64,000 nt of DNA from Terriglobia bacterium (GTDB lineage Bacteria > Acidobacteriota > Terriglobia > 20CM-2-55-15): positions 64,001 to 128,000 of the forward strand of contig CBDCLE010000026.1 in NCBI GenBank assembly GCA_965218585.1, in the 5' to 3' direction. The position numbers were made by a program, and so were the translations under genes. Below, in pieces: positions 9,542-19,773 of this stretch. How positions within the stretch are numbered: position 1 is the first letter of the stretch; the number at the start of each line of letters is the position of its first letter. The notes under the pieces were generated by a model. It saw only the letters and a list, made by a program, of their open reading frames with translations, made no database searches and was not told the DNA's origin.

Positions 9542-10048
9542 TTATTTTCCGTCGATCTGGGCAAGGACGGGCTTGGTAACCATTACTCTTCCCGACCTGA
9601 CAAACTCCATTACGCCAAAAGGCTCTAAACGACCAAACAGTTCTTCAATTTCATCCTGCGACCCGGTTTTTTCAACTACGACGTAACCCGCACCCGCGAC
9701 AAGGATCCGTGCGCGAGACGTCCTTACAATCTTTGAGAGCGAATTCCTAACGGACGCTGCATCGAGCGAAAGTTTAAACAACGCCACTTCACGGTCGTGG
9801 GTTTCGACGTCGCGATGGTAGCTCACCTCGATCACGCCAACTAACGCGCCAATCTGCTTGACGGCACGCCGTATCCGATCCGGGGCCGCGCGGACAGCAA
9901 TACTGTGCTGATAAACATTTGACGCTTCGCCATTCGTACAGGTGAAGCTTTCGATCTTTATGCGGTGCCGTCCCAAACAGGCCGCCAGGCGCAGAAGAGA
10001 ACTCGAGTCGTTCTCCGTACGCGCCGAAACTGTGAATTGCGGATCCAA
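9542..10048 (-). CDS. ilvN: Acetolactate synthase small (regulatory) subunit, divergent
   Basis: ACT fold, REVALFKL and EFVRSGRV motifs; between ilvB and ilvC; probable TTG start at 10048 after AAGAGG. Confidence 0.85.
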   Translation of the reverse strand: MDPQFTVSARTENDSSSLLRLAACLGRHRIKIESFTCTNGEASNVYQHSIAVRAAPDRIRRAVKQIGALVGVIEVSYHRDVETHDREVALFKLSLDAASVRNSLSKIVRTSRARILVAGAGYVVVEKTGSQDEIEELFGRLEPFGVMEFVRSGRVMVTKPVLAQIDGK

Positions 10049-10085
10049 TGATTGCCTCTTAGTGGCCTCCAGGAGGCCAGCCAGC

Positions 10086-11852
10086 CTATTCCAGGCGGAT
10101 CTCCGAGCAGGGTGAACCTGCAGGGACCATCGGGAATATGTTGTCTTCCCGTTCCACCACCACTTCCAGAAGGAAAGACGATTCCGATTGAAGCATCGCG
10201 TCAATCGCGTCACCAAGTTCTTCTCTTTGAACCACCTGTTTTCCTTCCATACCGTATGCCGCGGCGATTCCCACGAAATCCGGATTCATCAATTCGGTCG
10301 CCGAGTAACGCCGCGAAAAGAACAACTGTTGCCACTGACGCACCATTCCCAGGTACTCGTTGTTCAGAATCATCATCTTGACCGGAATCTTCGCCTGGAA
10401 GATCGTACCCAACTCCTGGAGGGTCATCTGAAAACCACCGTCGCCGATGATGGCGACGATGGGTCGATCCTGGCGGGCAACAGCTGCACCAATGGCCGCC
10501 GGCAGGGCAAAACCCATCGTCCCCAGACCACCGGAAGTTATCGTGCCACTACCTTCGTCGAACTTGTAATAGCGGGCTGCAGACATCTGATGTTGCCCGA
10601 CATCGGTCACAATGATGGCTTTGCCTTCGCTGCGTTCGGATAACTGATGAACGACCTCCGCCATGCGGAGTCCAGAAGAATCCGGATGAATGTCCTTCCG
10701 AATAACCCGGTTGATCTCGATCTGATCGCAAGCTCGAAACTCCGCAAGCCACTCGTGGTGGGACCGAGACCCGACAGCTTCGGCAAGGGCACCCAGGGCT
10801 TCGGCGGCGTCGGCGACGATCGCCACGTCTGTCTTGACGTTCTTGTCGATCTCCGAGGGATCGATATCAATGTGGATGATCTTTGCCTGCTTGGCGTACT
10901 TGGAAAGATCACCGGTCACACGGTCATCGAATCGCATCCCGACCGCGATCAGGACATCGCATTCATTGGTCTTGATGTTCGGCCCGTAGTTGCCGTGCAT
11001 ACCCAACATGCCGGTGTGCAGCCGATGGCGACTCGGCAGTGCGGACAACCCGAGCAACGTACACGCGAACGGAAGATCGGCTTTCTCAACCAAAGCTTGA
11101 AGTTCGGCCTGGGCTTTGGACAGCAGGACACCCTGCCCCACCAGAACAAACGGTTTTCTTGACCGATCGATCAACCGCGCACCGGCCTCAACACTCGCCG
11201 GGTCCAGCGTGGGCCGGGGCCTGTATCCTCTGACTTCGGACACAGTGGCCGGATGATAGTCGAAGGTCTCTATCTGAGCGTCTTTTGTTATATCTATCAA
11301 GACCGGTCCGGGACGTCCCGAGCGCGCTATGTACAATGCCTTGGCCACCACCTCGGGAACCTCTTCGGCCCGCGTGATTTGGTAGTTCCACTTCGTCACT
11401 GGGGCGCTGACCGAAATGATGTCGGTTTCCTGAAACGCGTCCGAACCCAGCATCTTCGAAGGCACCTGTCCAGTGATACATACCACTGGTGTGCTGTCGA
11501 TTTTGGCGTCCGCAATACCGGTGATCAGGTTCGTCGCGCCGGGCCCGGATGTGGCAATGCAAACGCCCGGCCTTCCCGAGGCGCGCGCGTAACCCTGAGC
11601 GGCATGAACCGATCCCTGTTCGTGGCGGACAAGGATATGCCGGATTTGATGGTCGTATTCAAACAGGGCGTCGTATACCGGCATGATCGCGCCGCCGGGG
11701 TACCCAAAAATTGTTCGGACACCTTCCTGCAACAACGAAAGCACAACCGCCTCCGCTCCCGAAACCGTCTGCGGCGGTTGGACTAAGGCTTCCGGTGTTC
11801 GGAGGTTGCCGGTTTCCTCTTCCCTGCTTACCGTTGTTTTGCTCTGTGACAT
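10086..11852 (-). CDS. ilvB: Acetolactate synthase large subunit
   Basis: FGYPGGAIMP, RHEQG, TSGPGATN and TPP-binding GDGGFQM...NN motifs. Confidence 0.95.
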   Translation of the reverse strand: MSQSKTTVSREEETGNLRTPEALVQPPQTVSGAEAVVLSLLQEGVRTIFGYPGGAIMPVYDALFEYDHQIRHILVRHEQGSVHAAQGYARASGRPGVCIATSGPGATNLITGIADAKIDSTPVVCITGQVPSKMLGSDAFQETDIISVSAPVTKWNYQITRAEEVPEVVAKALYIARSGRPGPVLIDITKDAQIETFDYHPATVSEVRGYRPRPTLDPASVEAGARLIDRSRKPFVLVGQGVLLSKAQAELQALVEKADLPFACTLLGLSALPSRHRLHTGMLGMHGNYGPNIKTNECDVLIAVGMRFDDRVTGDLSKYAKQAKIIHIDIDPSEIDKNVKTDVAIVADAAEALGALAEAVGSRSHHEWLAEFRACDQIEINRVIRKDIHPDSSGLRMAEVVHQLSERSEGKAIIVTDVGQHQMSAARYYKFDEGSGTITSGGLGTMGFALPAAIGAAVARQDRPIVAIIGDGGFQMTLQELGTIFQAKIPVKMMILNNEYLGMVRQWQQLFFSRRYSATELMNPDFVGIAAAYGMEGKQVVQREELGDAIDAMLQSESSFLLEVVVEREDNIFPMVPAGSPCSEIRLE

Positions 11853-11853
11853 C

Positions 11854-13539
11854 TCACGCTCCGTCTGTCGTACATCCTTCTGAGGCGGGTGATACTGCCT
11901 TGGCATACTTGTAGAGGGCACCCGAAGTTACACGTAGTGGCGGCGCCGTCCACCCTGCCCGGCGCGCGGCCACTTCATCCGATGGCAATTCCACTTCGAT
12001 CGTGTTTCGAACGGCGTCAATCCGTATGCGGTCGCCGTCTCTGATGAGCGCAATGAGACCGCCATCCTGGGCTTCCGGAGTGATATGGCCAACGACAAAA
12101 CCGCGTGTTCCACCTGAAAAACGACCGTCTGTAATCAACGCGACGTCATTTCCCAATCCGGCACCCATGATCATCGAAGTAGGGGTCAGCATTTCCGGCA
12201 TCCCGGGTCCACCCCGTGGACCTTCGTAGCGAATCACGACAACGTCGCCGGCCTTCACCGCTCCCCGAGCGATGCTCGCATTCGCATCTACCTCGCTGTC
12301 AAAAACACGTGCGGGTCCTTCGAAGATCTCACCTTCCTTACCGGTGATCTTTGCGACCGCACTCTGCTCGGCAAGGTTTCCGTACAGGATTCTCAAGTGA
12401 CCGCGCGCGCTGATCGGGTCGCCCGGGTCATGCACGATCTTCTGGCCACTCTCGAGAGACGGTAAATCGGCTACGTTCTCAGCAAGAGTCGATCCGGTAA
12501 CGGTCATGCAGTCCCCATCGAGCAGTCCATGCTCTAAAAGCATCTTGATGACCGCGGGCGTTCCACCGATGTTATGGAGGTCCTCCATTACGTAAGACCC
12601 GCTCGGGCGAAAGTCTGCAAGGAGCGGGACCCGGCCGCTGATTTCCTGAAAATCGTCGACCGTAAGATCGAGCTGAAGGGTTCGGGCAATGGCCAGCAGG
12701 TGCAGCACAACGTTCGTCGATCCACCCAGAACGATTGCCAGCGTGATGGCGTTCTCAAAGGACTTGCGCGTCAGAATGTCCCTCGGCCGCAGGTTCTTTT
12801 CCAGAAGCGAGCGGAGCGACGCGCCGGCGTTGAGGCATTCAGCAACCTTCTCACTGCTTTCAGCGGGATTGGAGGAACTGTAAGGCAGGCTCATACCCAT
12901 GACTTCGATAGCACTCGCCATCGTGTTGGCCGTAAACATGCCGCCGCAGGCACCCGCACCCGGACAGCTCTTCTGGACGACTTCCTGGAACTTTTCGAGG
13001 GTGATCCTTCCGGCCAGGTGCTGGCCCAGAGCCTCGAACGACGAGATCACATCCAGCTTGTCGCCGTTCAGGTGTCCGGGAGCAATCGTCCCTCCGTAGA
13101 TCATGAGTGCCGGACGGTTGAGTCGCGCCATGGCGATCATCGCGCCCGGCATGTTCTTGTCACACCCCATGATCGTGATCAGGCCGTCGTAGTGCTGGGC
13201 CGAAGCGATCGTCTCGATGGAATCGGCAATCAGGTCGCGCGACGGCAGCGAATAGCGCATCCCGAGTGTCCCCATAGAGATGCCGTCGCTGACACCGATG
13301 GTGTTGGAAACAAAACCCACCAGATCCGATGCCTCGGTGCCTGCCTTGGCCTCCGCCGCCAGGCCGTTCAAGTGCATGTTGCAGGGGTTGCCCTCATATC
13401 CCGTGCTGATGATGCCCACCTGAGCCAGTTCGAGGTCGGACTCAGACAAACCGGCACCAAACAACATCGCGCGGGCCGCCGGTCGGTCATACGACTGGGT
13501 CAGCTCCTTGCTGATCCGGTTCAATTCCCTTGTTTCCAT
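11854..13539 (-). CDS. ilvD: Dihydroxy-acid dehydratase
   Basis: [45 protein letters not shown] motifs. Confidence 0.95.
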   Translation of the reverse strand: METRELNRISKELTQSYDRPAARAMLFGAGLSESDLELAQVGIISTGYEGNPCNMHLNGLAAEAKAGTEASDLVGFVSNTIGVSDGISMGTLGMRYSLPSRDLIADSIETIASAQHYDGLITIMGCDKNMPGAMIAMARLNRPALMIYGGTIAPGHLNGDKLDVISSFEALGQHLAGRITLEKFQEVVQKSCPGAGACGGMFTANTMASAIEVMGMSLPYSSSNPAESSEKVAECLNAGASLRSLLEKNLRPRDILTRKSFENAITLAIVLGGSTNVVLHLLAIARTLQLDLTVDDFQEISGRVPLLADFRPSGSYVMEDLHNIGGTPAVIKMLLEHGLLDGDCMTVTGSTLAENVADLPSLESGQKIVHDPGDPISARGHLRILYGNLAEQSAVAKITGKEGEIFEGPARVFDSEVDANASIARGAVKAGDVVVIRYEGPRGGPGMPEMLTPTSMIMGAGLGNDVALITDGRFSGGTRGFVVGHITPEAQDGGLIALIRDGDRIRIDAVRNTIEVELPSDEVAARRAGWTAPPLRVTSGALYKYAKAVSPASEGCTTDGA

Positions 13540-13569
13540 GCTTTCCTTCATTCGTTTCAATTTCAGAGC

Positions 13570-13612
13570 AAAAAAAATCCCCTCGCCGCGTGTCGCGGGA
13601 GGGGCGGTGGAT
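13570..13612 (-). terminator. Attenuator intrinsic terminator upstream of ilvD
   Basis: Minus strand CCCCTCCCGCG-ACA-CGCGGCGAGGGG followed by A and T8. Confidence 0.85.
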
Positions 13613-13628
13613 TCGCTTTTTACAGCGA

Positions 13629-13709
13629 CTAACCCGGCCCCCCTCGCGTAAGGGAGCTAATCCCTACACCTACGATTACGATGGGGGTCCCACAGTTGGT
13701 CGGTCGCAT
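13629..13709 (-). CDS. Branched-chain amino acid attenuator leader peptide (26 aa)
   Basis: Manual translation [26 protein letters not shown]; Ile/Val run; the 3' leader segment CGCGAGGGGGG can pair with the terminator 5' arm. Confidence 0.82.
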   Translation of the reverse strand: MRPTNCGTPIVIVGVGISSLTRGGPG

Positions 13710-13715
13710 GACAAA

Positions 13716-13745
13716 AACGTAACAGCAATGTCTGCGGCCTGTCAA
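13716..13745 (-). promoter_or_regulatory. Sigma70 promoter of the ilv leader/operon
   Basis: TTGACA (13745-13740), 18-nt spacer with TG extension, TACGTT (13721-13716); predicted start falls on the leader ATG. Confidence 0.6.
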
Positions 13746-13778
13746 TCATCGTCTGAATGTCCTTCGGGTCTACCCATC

Positions 13779-14852
13779 TCAACTCGCTTTAGAGGCTGCT
13801 AACGATCCCACGACGAACTCACCCATCTCAGATGTTGAAACCGACTTCCCTCCGTCAGTGGCAAGGTCTGCCGTCCGGTAACCCTCCCGCAGCGCACGGC
13901 CCACACCCTCACGGATCGCCTCAGCTTCCTCAGATAACTTGAAAGACAGCTCGAGCATCATGGCGACAGAAAGAATGGCTCCGGTCGGATTGGCAATGCC
14001 CTTCCCTGCAATGTCGGGCGCGGTTCCATGCACCGGTTCGTACAGTCCGATCGTTGCCCCGATGCTGGCCGAGGGCAGCATCCCGAGGCTTCCGGCCAGA
14101 ACCGACGCTTCGTCGCTCAGGATGTCTCCGAACATGTTGTTCGTCAGGATGACGTCGAACTGGCGCGGATTGGCGATGAGCTGCATCGCGCAGTTATCAA
14201 CCAGCATGTTGCTGAATTCGACGTCGGAATACTCGCGGGCGACGTCGGTTGCAACTCTCCGCCACAGAACGGAGGATTCCAGGACGTTCGATTTATCGAT
14301 GGAAACCACCTTCTTGCGGCGCTGTCGAGCTATCTCGAACGCCATCTTGGCAATCCTGCGGACCTCTTCTTCGGTGTACACCTCGGTGTTATGAGCGATC
14401 CCATGTTCAATGCCTCGAGGCAGTCCGAAATAAATGCCGCCCAACAACTCGCGCACCACCACCAAATCCACACCACGGATGTGTTCCGCCCGAAACGGAG
14501 ACCGATCGACAATCGCATCAGGAACGGCGACCGGGCGAATATTGGCATAGTTTCCGAGGAGTTTCCGAAGATCCAACAGACCTTTCGCAGCATCAGGACG
14601 ATTGGGATCCGTTGCAGGTGCGGGCAGGCCGACTGCTCCGAGGAGAACCGCGTCGACTCCAACGACGAGTTTCCGAGTCGCTTCCGGAAGCGGATCTCCA
14701 AAGGCGTCTATGGCGCCAGAGCCCATCGCGCCTTCGACAATCTCAAAGCGGTGACCATAAGCCTCTCCGATCGCTTCCAAAACGTGCCGCGCTTCGACTA
14801 AAACCTCTGGACCGATGCCGTCTCCCGGCAGAAACGCAATACGCCCTTCCAT
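13779..14852 (-). CDS. leuB: 3-isopropylmalate dehydrogenase
   Basis: [49 protein letters not shown] motifs. Confidence 0.95.
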   Translation of the reverse strand: MEGRIAFLPGDGIGPEVLVEARHVLEAIGEAYGHRFEIVEGAMGSGAIDAFGDPLPEATRKLVVGVDAVLLGAVGLPAPATDPNRPDAAKGLLDLRKLLGNYANIRPVAVPDAIVDRSPFRAEHIRGVDLVVVRELLGGIYFGLPRGIEHGIAHNTEVYTEEEVRRIAKMAFEIARQRRKKVVSIDKSNVLESSVLWRRVATDVAREYSDVEFSNMLVDNCAMQLIANPRQFDVILTNNMFGDILSDEASVLAGSLGMLPSASIGATIGLYEPVHGTAPDIAGKGIANPTGAILSVAMMLELSFKLSEEAEAIREGVGRALREGYRTADLATDGGKSVSTSEMGEFVVGSLAASKAS

Positions 14853-14855
14853 TCG

Positions 14856-16385
14856 TTACTCTCCCGCCGCCTTGTCCATCCCGGTCCACAAGGCTTTGTT
14901 AATTGCATCCAGATAAGCCCGTGTCGCAGCGATGTTCAAATCGGTACTGGCCGCCCGACCGGCGATCGTCCTACCCTCGACGTCAACCTGCATGAAAACT
15001 TCCCCAACGGCTTCGCTACCTTCGGTGACAGATTTCGCCGAATACCCCAGAACCTTTCCCTTACAGCCGGTGATCTGATTGACCGCGCGAACGGTGGCAT
15101 CGACTGGGCCGTCCCCAGTGGCCGTATCCGTGTACATGGAACCGTCCTTCTCCAGACTCAGGGTTACGGTCGAGACCGCGTCGCTCTTGCCCACGATGTG
15201 GAAATGCTTCAGGGCAAACGCAGCCGGCACATTCGTGAGCCCATCGTTGATGATGACGATCAAGTCATCGTCGTAGATGGTCTTCTTACGGTCGGCCAGC
15301 TTGGTAAAGAGCATGTACGCCCGCGCCAGATCGGATTCGCTAAGCTGGTAGCCCAGTTCACGGTAACGGGCAGCGAGGCCGTGTCGGCCGGAGTGCTTTC
15401 CAAGAACAATCTGGTTCTGAGGCACACCCACCGAGTCCGGTGTCATGATTTCGTAGGTAAGCGTTTTTTTAAGGACGCCGTCCTGGTGAATGCCGGCCTC
15501 ATGTGCAAACGCATTCTTTCCGACAATGGCTTTGTTCGCCTGAACTTCCATTCCCGTCAGGCTCGAAAGAACCTGGCTCGTCCTGTAGATCTCCTGCGTG
15601 TTGACGCCGGTCTCCATGTCGAGCAAACTTCGATGGACCTCGATTGTCATCACGATCTCCTCGAGAGATGCGTTGCCGGCACGCTCGCCGATCCCGTTGA
15701 TTGCACACTCGACCTGACGGGCACCGTTCTGCACTCCGATAAGAGAGTTCGCCACAGCCAGACCCAGGTCGTTATGGCAATGTGTACTGATGGTGACGTC
15801 TTCGATTCCCTTGACCTTCGCGAGGCCCTTGATCAGCGCCCCGTATTCCGATGGCAGGCAATAGCCCACCGTATCGGGAATGTTGACAACTTTGGCACCG
15901 GCCTCGATCGCCGCTTCAACGACGGCATACAGGTATTCGGGATCGGAACGGCCGGCATCTTCTGCGGAAAACTCGACGTCGTCACAGAGAGAACACGCCA
16001 ACTCGACCGACTTCACGGCCATTTCCAAGGCCTCTTCACGCGTCTTGAGCAACTTGTGCTTTAGATGGATATCGCTCGTAGCAAGAAAGGTGTGAATTCG
16101 CGGCCGGGCGGCACCTTCAAGCGCCTCCCAGCACCGCCGGATGTCTCCTTCCGCCGCGCGCGCAAGACCGGCGATCGAGGCTTCCCGGATCTCACTGGCA
16201 ATACGTTTGACGGCCTCGAAATCTCCGTCCGATGCAATGGGAAAACCCGCCTCGATGACATCCACTCGCAAACGTTCCAGTTGGCGTGCGAGCCGGAGTT
16301 TGTCGTCAATATTCATGCTGAAACCGGGAGCCTGCTCCCCGTCTCTCAGCGTTGTGTCGAAAATCGCGATCCGATTCATGGCCAT
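14856..16385 (-). CDS. leuA: 2-isopropylmalate synthase
   Basis: FDTTLRDGEQ, HCHNDLG, GIGERAGN, HEAGIHQDG and C-terminal regulatory GDGPVDA. Confidence 0.95.
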   Translation of the reverse strand: MAMNRIAIFDTTLRDGEQAPGFSMNIDDKLRLARQLERLRVDVIEAGFPIASDGDFEAVKRIASEIREASIAGLARAAEGDIRRCWEALEGAARPRIHTFLATSDIHLKHKLLKTREEALEMAVKSVELACSLCDDVEFSAEDAGRSDPEYLYAVVEAAIEAGAKVVNIPDTVGYCLPSEYGALIKGLAKVKGIEDVTISTHCHNDLGLAVANSLIGVQNGARQVECAINGIGERAGNASLEEIVMTIEVHRSLLDMETGVNTQEIYRTSQVLSSLTGMEVQANKAIVGKNAFAHEAGIHQDGVLKKTLTYEIMTPDSVGVPQNQIVLGKHSGRHGLAARYRELGYQLSESDLARAYMLFTKLADRKKTIYDDDLIVIINDGLTNVPAAFALKHFHIVGKSDAVSTVTLSLEKDGSMYTDTATGDGPVDATVRAVNQITGCKGKVLGYSAKSVTEGSEAVGEVFMQVDVEGRTIAGRAASTDLNIAATRAYLDAINKALWTGMDKAAGE

Positions 16386-16475
16386 TCCCTAGACCCTCTG
16401 TTTCGGCTAACGAAAAGTTCATCGACGTCCAGCCTCTTCTGAGCCCTGAACCGTCGGTCCCCTAGGCCTCTTCCT

Positions 16476-17129
16476 TCAAGTCGCGGACGCCTTCTTCAAA
16501 TCCTGAACGCCCAAATCCTCGGCGCCAAGAACGCCGTGGATGAACAAATCCTGAAACTCTCGCACAACCTCATCGGGCTTGACCGAGCCCGACGGCTTGT
16601 ACCATTGGTAAGTCCAGTTCAGCATTCCAAGCAATGCCAGTGCGGCCACCTTGGGATTCGCCGCTCTGCAATTCGACTTCTCCATCACATCACTCACAAG
16701 GTCGGTGACGAGTTGGACATACTTCTTTTTCCGGCGGTTGATCTTGGTCTTATCCTGTCTCGACAGGCCCTGGCATTCGTGCAAAAGTCCGGTCACCGCC
16801 AACTTTCTCCCCTCCAGAATCAGCTTTAGATGCAGTTCGATCATCGTCTTCAAACGGCGCACGGGATCGGCCACCGATTCCAACGGCTTGACAACGTACG
16901 CCTCGGTCATGTCCATGCCGTAGTCGAGAATCGTAAAAAGCAGGCTCTCCTTGCTGGAGACGTGGTGATACAGGCCGGCCTTGGTGAGGCCGACCGCCTC
17001 GGCGATGTCTTTCATCGAGGTGTTGTCGTAACCCTGCCGATGAAACACCTCCGCCGCGATCTCGTATACTTTGTCCCGTGGCGCGGTTGACTTCTGTTTG
17101 ATCTTTGAAGTAGCGTTCCGATTTGCCAT
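16476..17129 (-). CDS. TetR-family regulator, AibR-like (acyl-CoA binding)
   Basis: HTH TSMKDIAEAVGLTKAGLYHH; YGMD, LHE, RKKKYV, LGMLNWTYQWYKP resemble Myxococcus AibR as I recall it. Confidence 0.85.
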   Translation of the reverse strand: MANRNATSKIKQKSTAPRDKVYEIAAEVFHRQGYDNTSMKDIAEAVGLTKAGLYHHVSSKESLLFTILDYGMDMTEAYVVKPLESVADPVRRLKTMIELHLKLILEGRKLAVTGLLHECQGLSRQDKTKINRRKKKYVQLVTDLVSDVMEKSNCRAANPKVAALALLGMLNWTYQWYKPSGSVKPDEVVREFQDLFIHGVLGAEDLGVQDLKKASAT

Positions 17130-17158
17130 AATCTACCTACCGATCGGTAGGTAGATTA
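17129..17158. promoter_or_regulatory. TetR operator, perfect 30-bp palindrome
   Basis: TAATCTACCTACCGATCGGTAGGTAGATTA is its own reverse complement; abuts the tetR start codon, between the divergent leu arms. Confidence 0.88.
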
Positions 17159-17182
17159 ACAAGAAGACACTCCAAAGTGCAA

Positions 17183-17188
17183 TATAAT
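17183..17188 (+). promoter_or_regulatory. -10 box of leuC (possible leaderless transcript)
   Basis: TATAAT with only 8 nt between it and the leuC ATG. Confidence 0.55.
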
Positions 17189-17196
17189 TAGGTGCT

Positions 17197-18615
17197 ATGA
17201 CAAACCCACCAGCCAGGACTCTATACGACAAAATATGGGACAGCCACGTTGTTGTGGAAGGTCGGGAGACGCCATCGATCCTCTATATCGATCTCCATTT
17301 GATTCACGAAGTTACATCTCCTCAAGCATTTGCGGGGATACGCCAGAGGGGTATAGGAGTCCGCCGGCCTGACCGAACCCTGGCCACGGCCGACCACGTT
17401 ACCCCGACCATCAGCACCGACATCGCCGACGCGGGTGAGCTGGCCGTCAAGCAGCTACGAAGCCTGGAAGACAGTTGCTCCGACTTCGGTGTGCGCCTCT
17501 ATACAATTGGCGACAGCCGGCGCGGCATAGTCCATGTGATCGGTCCCGAACTCGGATTGACCCAGCCCGGACTGACTCTGGTTTGCGGTGACAGCCACAC
17601 CTCGACACACGGTGCTTTCGGCACGCTGGCTTTCGGTATTGGAACGACCGAGGTGGAGCATGTTCTGGCATCTCAATGCCTGCTCGAACGCAAAGTGGGC
17701 AACTTCAAGGTGGATTTCCAGGGTCAGCTTTCTCCCGGCGTCACCAGCAAAGACATGATTCTCGCGTTGATCGCAAAGATCGGTATCGGAGGCGGGACCG
17801 GGCACGTCCTCGAATATACGGGCTCAGCCATCGAAGCTCTCACTATGGAAGCCCGGATGACGATCTGCAACATGTCCATCGAAGCCGGTGCGCGCGCTGG
17901 TTTGGTCGCCCCGGATGATACGACCTATCAGTACATGTCGGGTCGCGAGTTCGCTCCGAAGGGAGCCGACTGGGACCAGGCTCTGGAGGGATGGAAGCAG
18001 TTGCCCAGTGATGCGGACGCGCCATACGACAAGACGGTCACGATCGACGCTTCGACGTTGGATCCGTTCATCAGCTTTGGCACCAACCCGTCCATGTGTG
18101 CGCCAATCGGGGAACAGGTACCGGACCCGGCAGACGTGGACAACCCGGTAGAGCGGGATCAGCTTGCGGGGGCACTCAAATACATGGACCTGGAGGCCGG
18201 GACACCTTTGATCGGCCAGAAGGTGGACGTGGTCTTCATCGGCAGCTGCACGAACTCGAGAATCTCGGACATGCGGGATGCAGCAAGAATCCTCAAGGGC
18301 CGGAAAGTGAGCGAAGATGTCCGTGCGCTGATCGTTCCAGGATCGGAGCAGGTACGTGCCGAGGCCGAAGGCGAGGGTTTGGACAAGATCTTCACCGAAG
18401 CCGGTGCCGAATGGCGTCTGCCCGGTTGCAGCATGTGTCTGGCGATGAATGGGGATAACCTCGAACCGGGCCAGCGTTCAGTCAGTACAAGCAATCGGAA
18501 CTTCGAAGGCCGGCAGGGACAGGGGGGGCGGACCATGCTGGGTTCTCCGCTTACCGCGGCGGCGGCAGCCGTTGCCGGCAAGGTCGCAGACCCAAGAGAG
18601 TTCATTTCCAACTAA
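17197..18615 (+). CDS. leuC: 3-isopropylmalate dehydratase large subunit
   Basis: [49 protein letters not shown] motifs. Confidence 0.96.
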   Translation: MTNPPARTLYDKIWDSHVVVEGRETPSILYIDLHLIHEVTSPQAFAGIRQRGIGVRRPDRTLATADHVTPTISTDIADAGELAVKQLRSLEDSCSDFGVRLYTIGDSRRGIVHVIGPELGLTQPGLTLVCGDSHTSTHGAFGTLAFGIGTTEVEHVLASQCLLERKVGNFKVDFQGQLSPGVTSKDMILALIAKIGIGGGTGHVLEYTGSAIEALTMEARMTICNMSIEAGARAGLVAPDDTTYQYMSGREFAPKGADWDQALEGWKQLPSDADAPYDKTVTIDASTLDPFISFGTNPSMCAPIGEQVPDPADVDNPVERDQLAGALKYMDLEAGTPLIGQKVDVVFIGSCTNSRISDMRDAARILKGRKVSEDVRALIVPGSEQVRAEAEGEGLDKIFTEAGAEWRLPGCSMCLAMNGDNLEPGQRSVSTSNRNFEGRQGQGGRTMLGSPLTAAAAAVAGKVADPREFISN

Positions 18616-18628
18616 GAAGGTTCCAACG

Positions 18629-19204
18629 ATGAAGAAATTCGAAAAGGTAATCTCCCACGCCGTATGTCTTCCACTTGAAGACATCGACACGGACCAGATC
18701 ATTCCGGCCCGTTACCTGAGAACAACGGAGAAAACGGGACTGGGAGAGCATCTGTTCCATGACTGGCGATATACGGCCAACGGTCAGCCCAAGAAAGGCT
18801 TCGTGCTGAACGAGACGGGAGCAAAGGACGCCAGTTTACTGATTACCGGCAAGAACTTCGGCTGTGGAAGCTCCAGAGAGCATGCGGTCTGGGCCATCAT
18901 GGACCACGGCATCGAGGCCGTAATCGCACCGGAATTCGCAGACATCTTTCACAAGAATTCGCTCAAAAATGGCCTGCTACCGATCACCGTTGATCAGTCC
19001 ACGCTCGACGCTTGTCTGAAGGCAGCCGAAGCAGGCGCCAGCTTCACCGTAGACCTCGAGTCGAACACCGTCAGCGCCGATTCCCTTTCGTTCAGCTTCG
19101 AGGTCGATCCCTTCGCTCGCAACTGCCTGCTCGAGGGTATCGATGACCTGGAATTCATCCTGAAGCACGAGGACGAAATCGCCGCCTTCGAAGCCAACCA
19201 TTAA
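18629..19204 (+). CDS. leuD: 3-isopropylmalate dehydratase small subunit
   Basis: IDTDQIIPA, NFGCGSSREHA, FADIF motifs; start MKKFEK at 18629. Confidence 0.95.
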   Translation: MKKFEKVISHAVCLPLEDIDTDQIIPARYLRTTEKTGLGEHLFHDWRYTANGQPKKGFVLNETGAKDASLLITGKNFGCGSSREHAVWAIMDHGIEAVIAPEFADIFHKNSLKNGLLPITVDQSTLDACLKAAEAGASFTVDLESNTVSADSLSFSFEVDPFARNCLLEGIDDLEFILKHEDEIAAFEANH

Positions 19205-19210
19205 ATAGGG

Positions 19211-19390
19211 TCAAATACCTCTGTCCCTATTTTTGCGGATCATCTCCAGGATTCGGCGTAGTATCGGTAGGGTCGCCACAACCTTGTCCGAGCCCAATTG
19301 CTCCTTAACGTCAATCAGTGTCTCCAGATTGAGGATACGGACCCTCAGATTCTGGTCTCCATCGACCGGGATCTGTTCGAAAATCATCCT
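19211..19390 (-). pseudogene. Decayed fragment resembling the C-terminus of small nucleotidyltransferase-like proteins
   Basis: RVRILNLETLIDVKEQLGSDKVVATLPILRRILE; no plausible N-terminal domain. Confidence 0.35.
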
Positions 19391-19464
19391 GGCTACATTA
19401 CTCCAGGGAAAAGGATGAGATGGGTGAGAAGGAAAGGATGACCTCCAGCAGAGTGGAGATCGTT

Positions 19465-19773
19465 CTATCCGCCGATCAGGGCACCGATAATTGACAGCAG
19501 AATTGCCACCTGAATTCCGACGAGCCACGTAAAATGGCGGGAAACCTTCTGATCCAGTGAGTCAATTCGGAAGTCCAACTTCTGGTCCAGCGAGTTGATT
19601 CGGAAGTCCAACTTTTGACCCAGCGAGTCGATTCGGGAGTCGAACTTCCGGTCCATGGCGCCAATGCGGCCGTTGAGCTCAACCAGGAGTTCGCGAATCT
19701 CTCCAAACCCTCGCGAGTGTTCTTCCACCTTACCTTCCAAATAAGCCACCCGTTCCTCTACCGATCCCGTCAT
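19465..19773 (-). CDS. Small coiled-coil protein with 11-aa repeats and C-terminal TM helix (DUF1640/Bdr-like architecture)
   Basis: KLDFRIDSLDQ repeats, then hydrophobic WLVGIQVAILLSIIGALIG; TATAAT upstream near 19790. Confidence 0.7.
   Translation of the reverse strand: MTGSVEERVAYLEGKVEEHSRGFGEIRELLVELNGRIGAMDRKFDSRIDSLGQKLDFRINSLDQKLDFRIDSLDQKVSRHFTWLVGIQVAILLSIIGALIGG
19546..19654. repeat. 33-bp coding tandem repeat, about 3.3 copies
   Basis: Unit CTTCTGGTCCAGCGAGTTGATTCGGAAGTCCAA with variants at 19546, 19579 and 19612. Confidence 0.85.

Noticed and set aside
5904-16064. Long plus-strand ORFs (5904-6785, 7281-8144, 12574-13632, 14028-14801, 15198-16064)
   Set aside because: Antisense shadows of well-supported genes in GC-rich DNA, with no recognisable motifs.
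19546-19654. 33-bp repeats as a CRISPR array
   Set aside because: Head-to-tail with no spacers, in frame within a CDS, and no cas genes.
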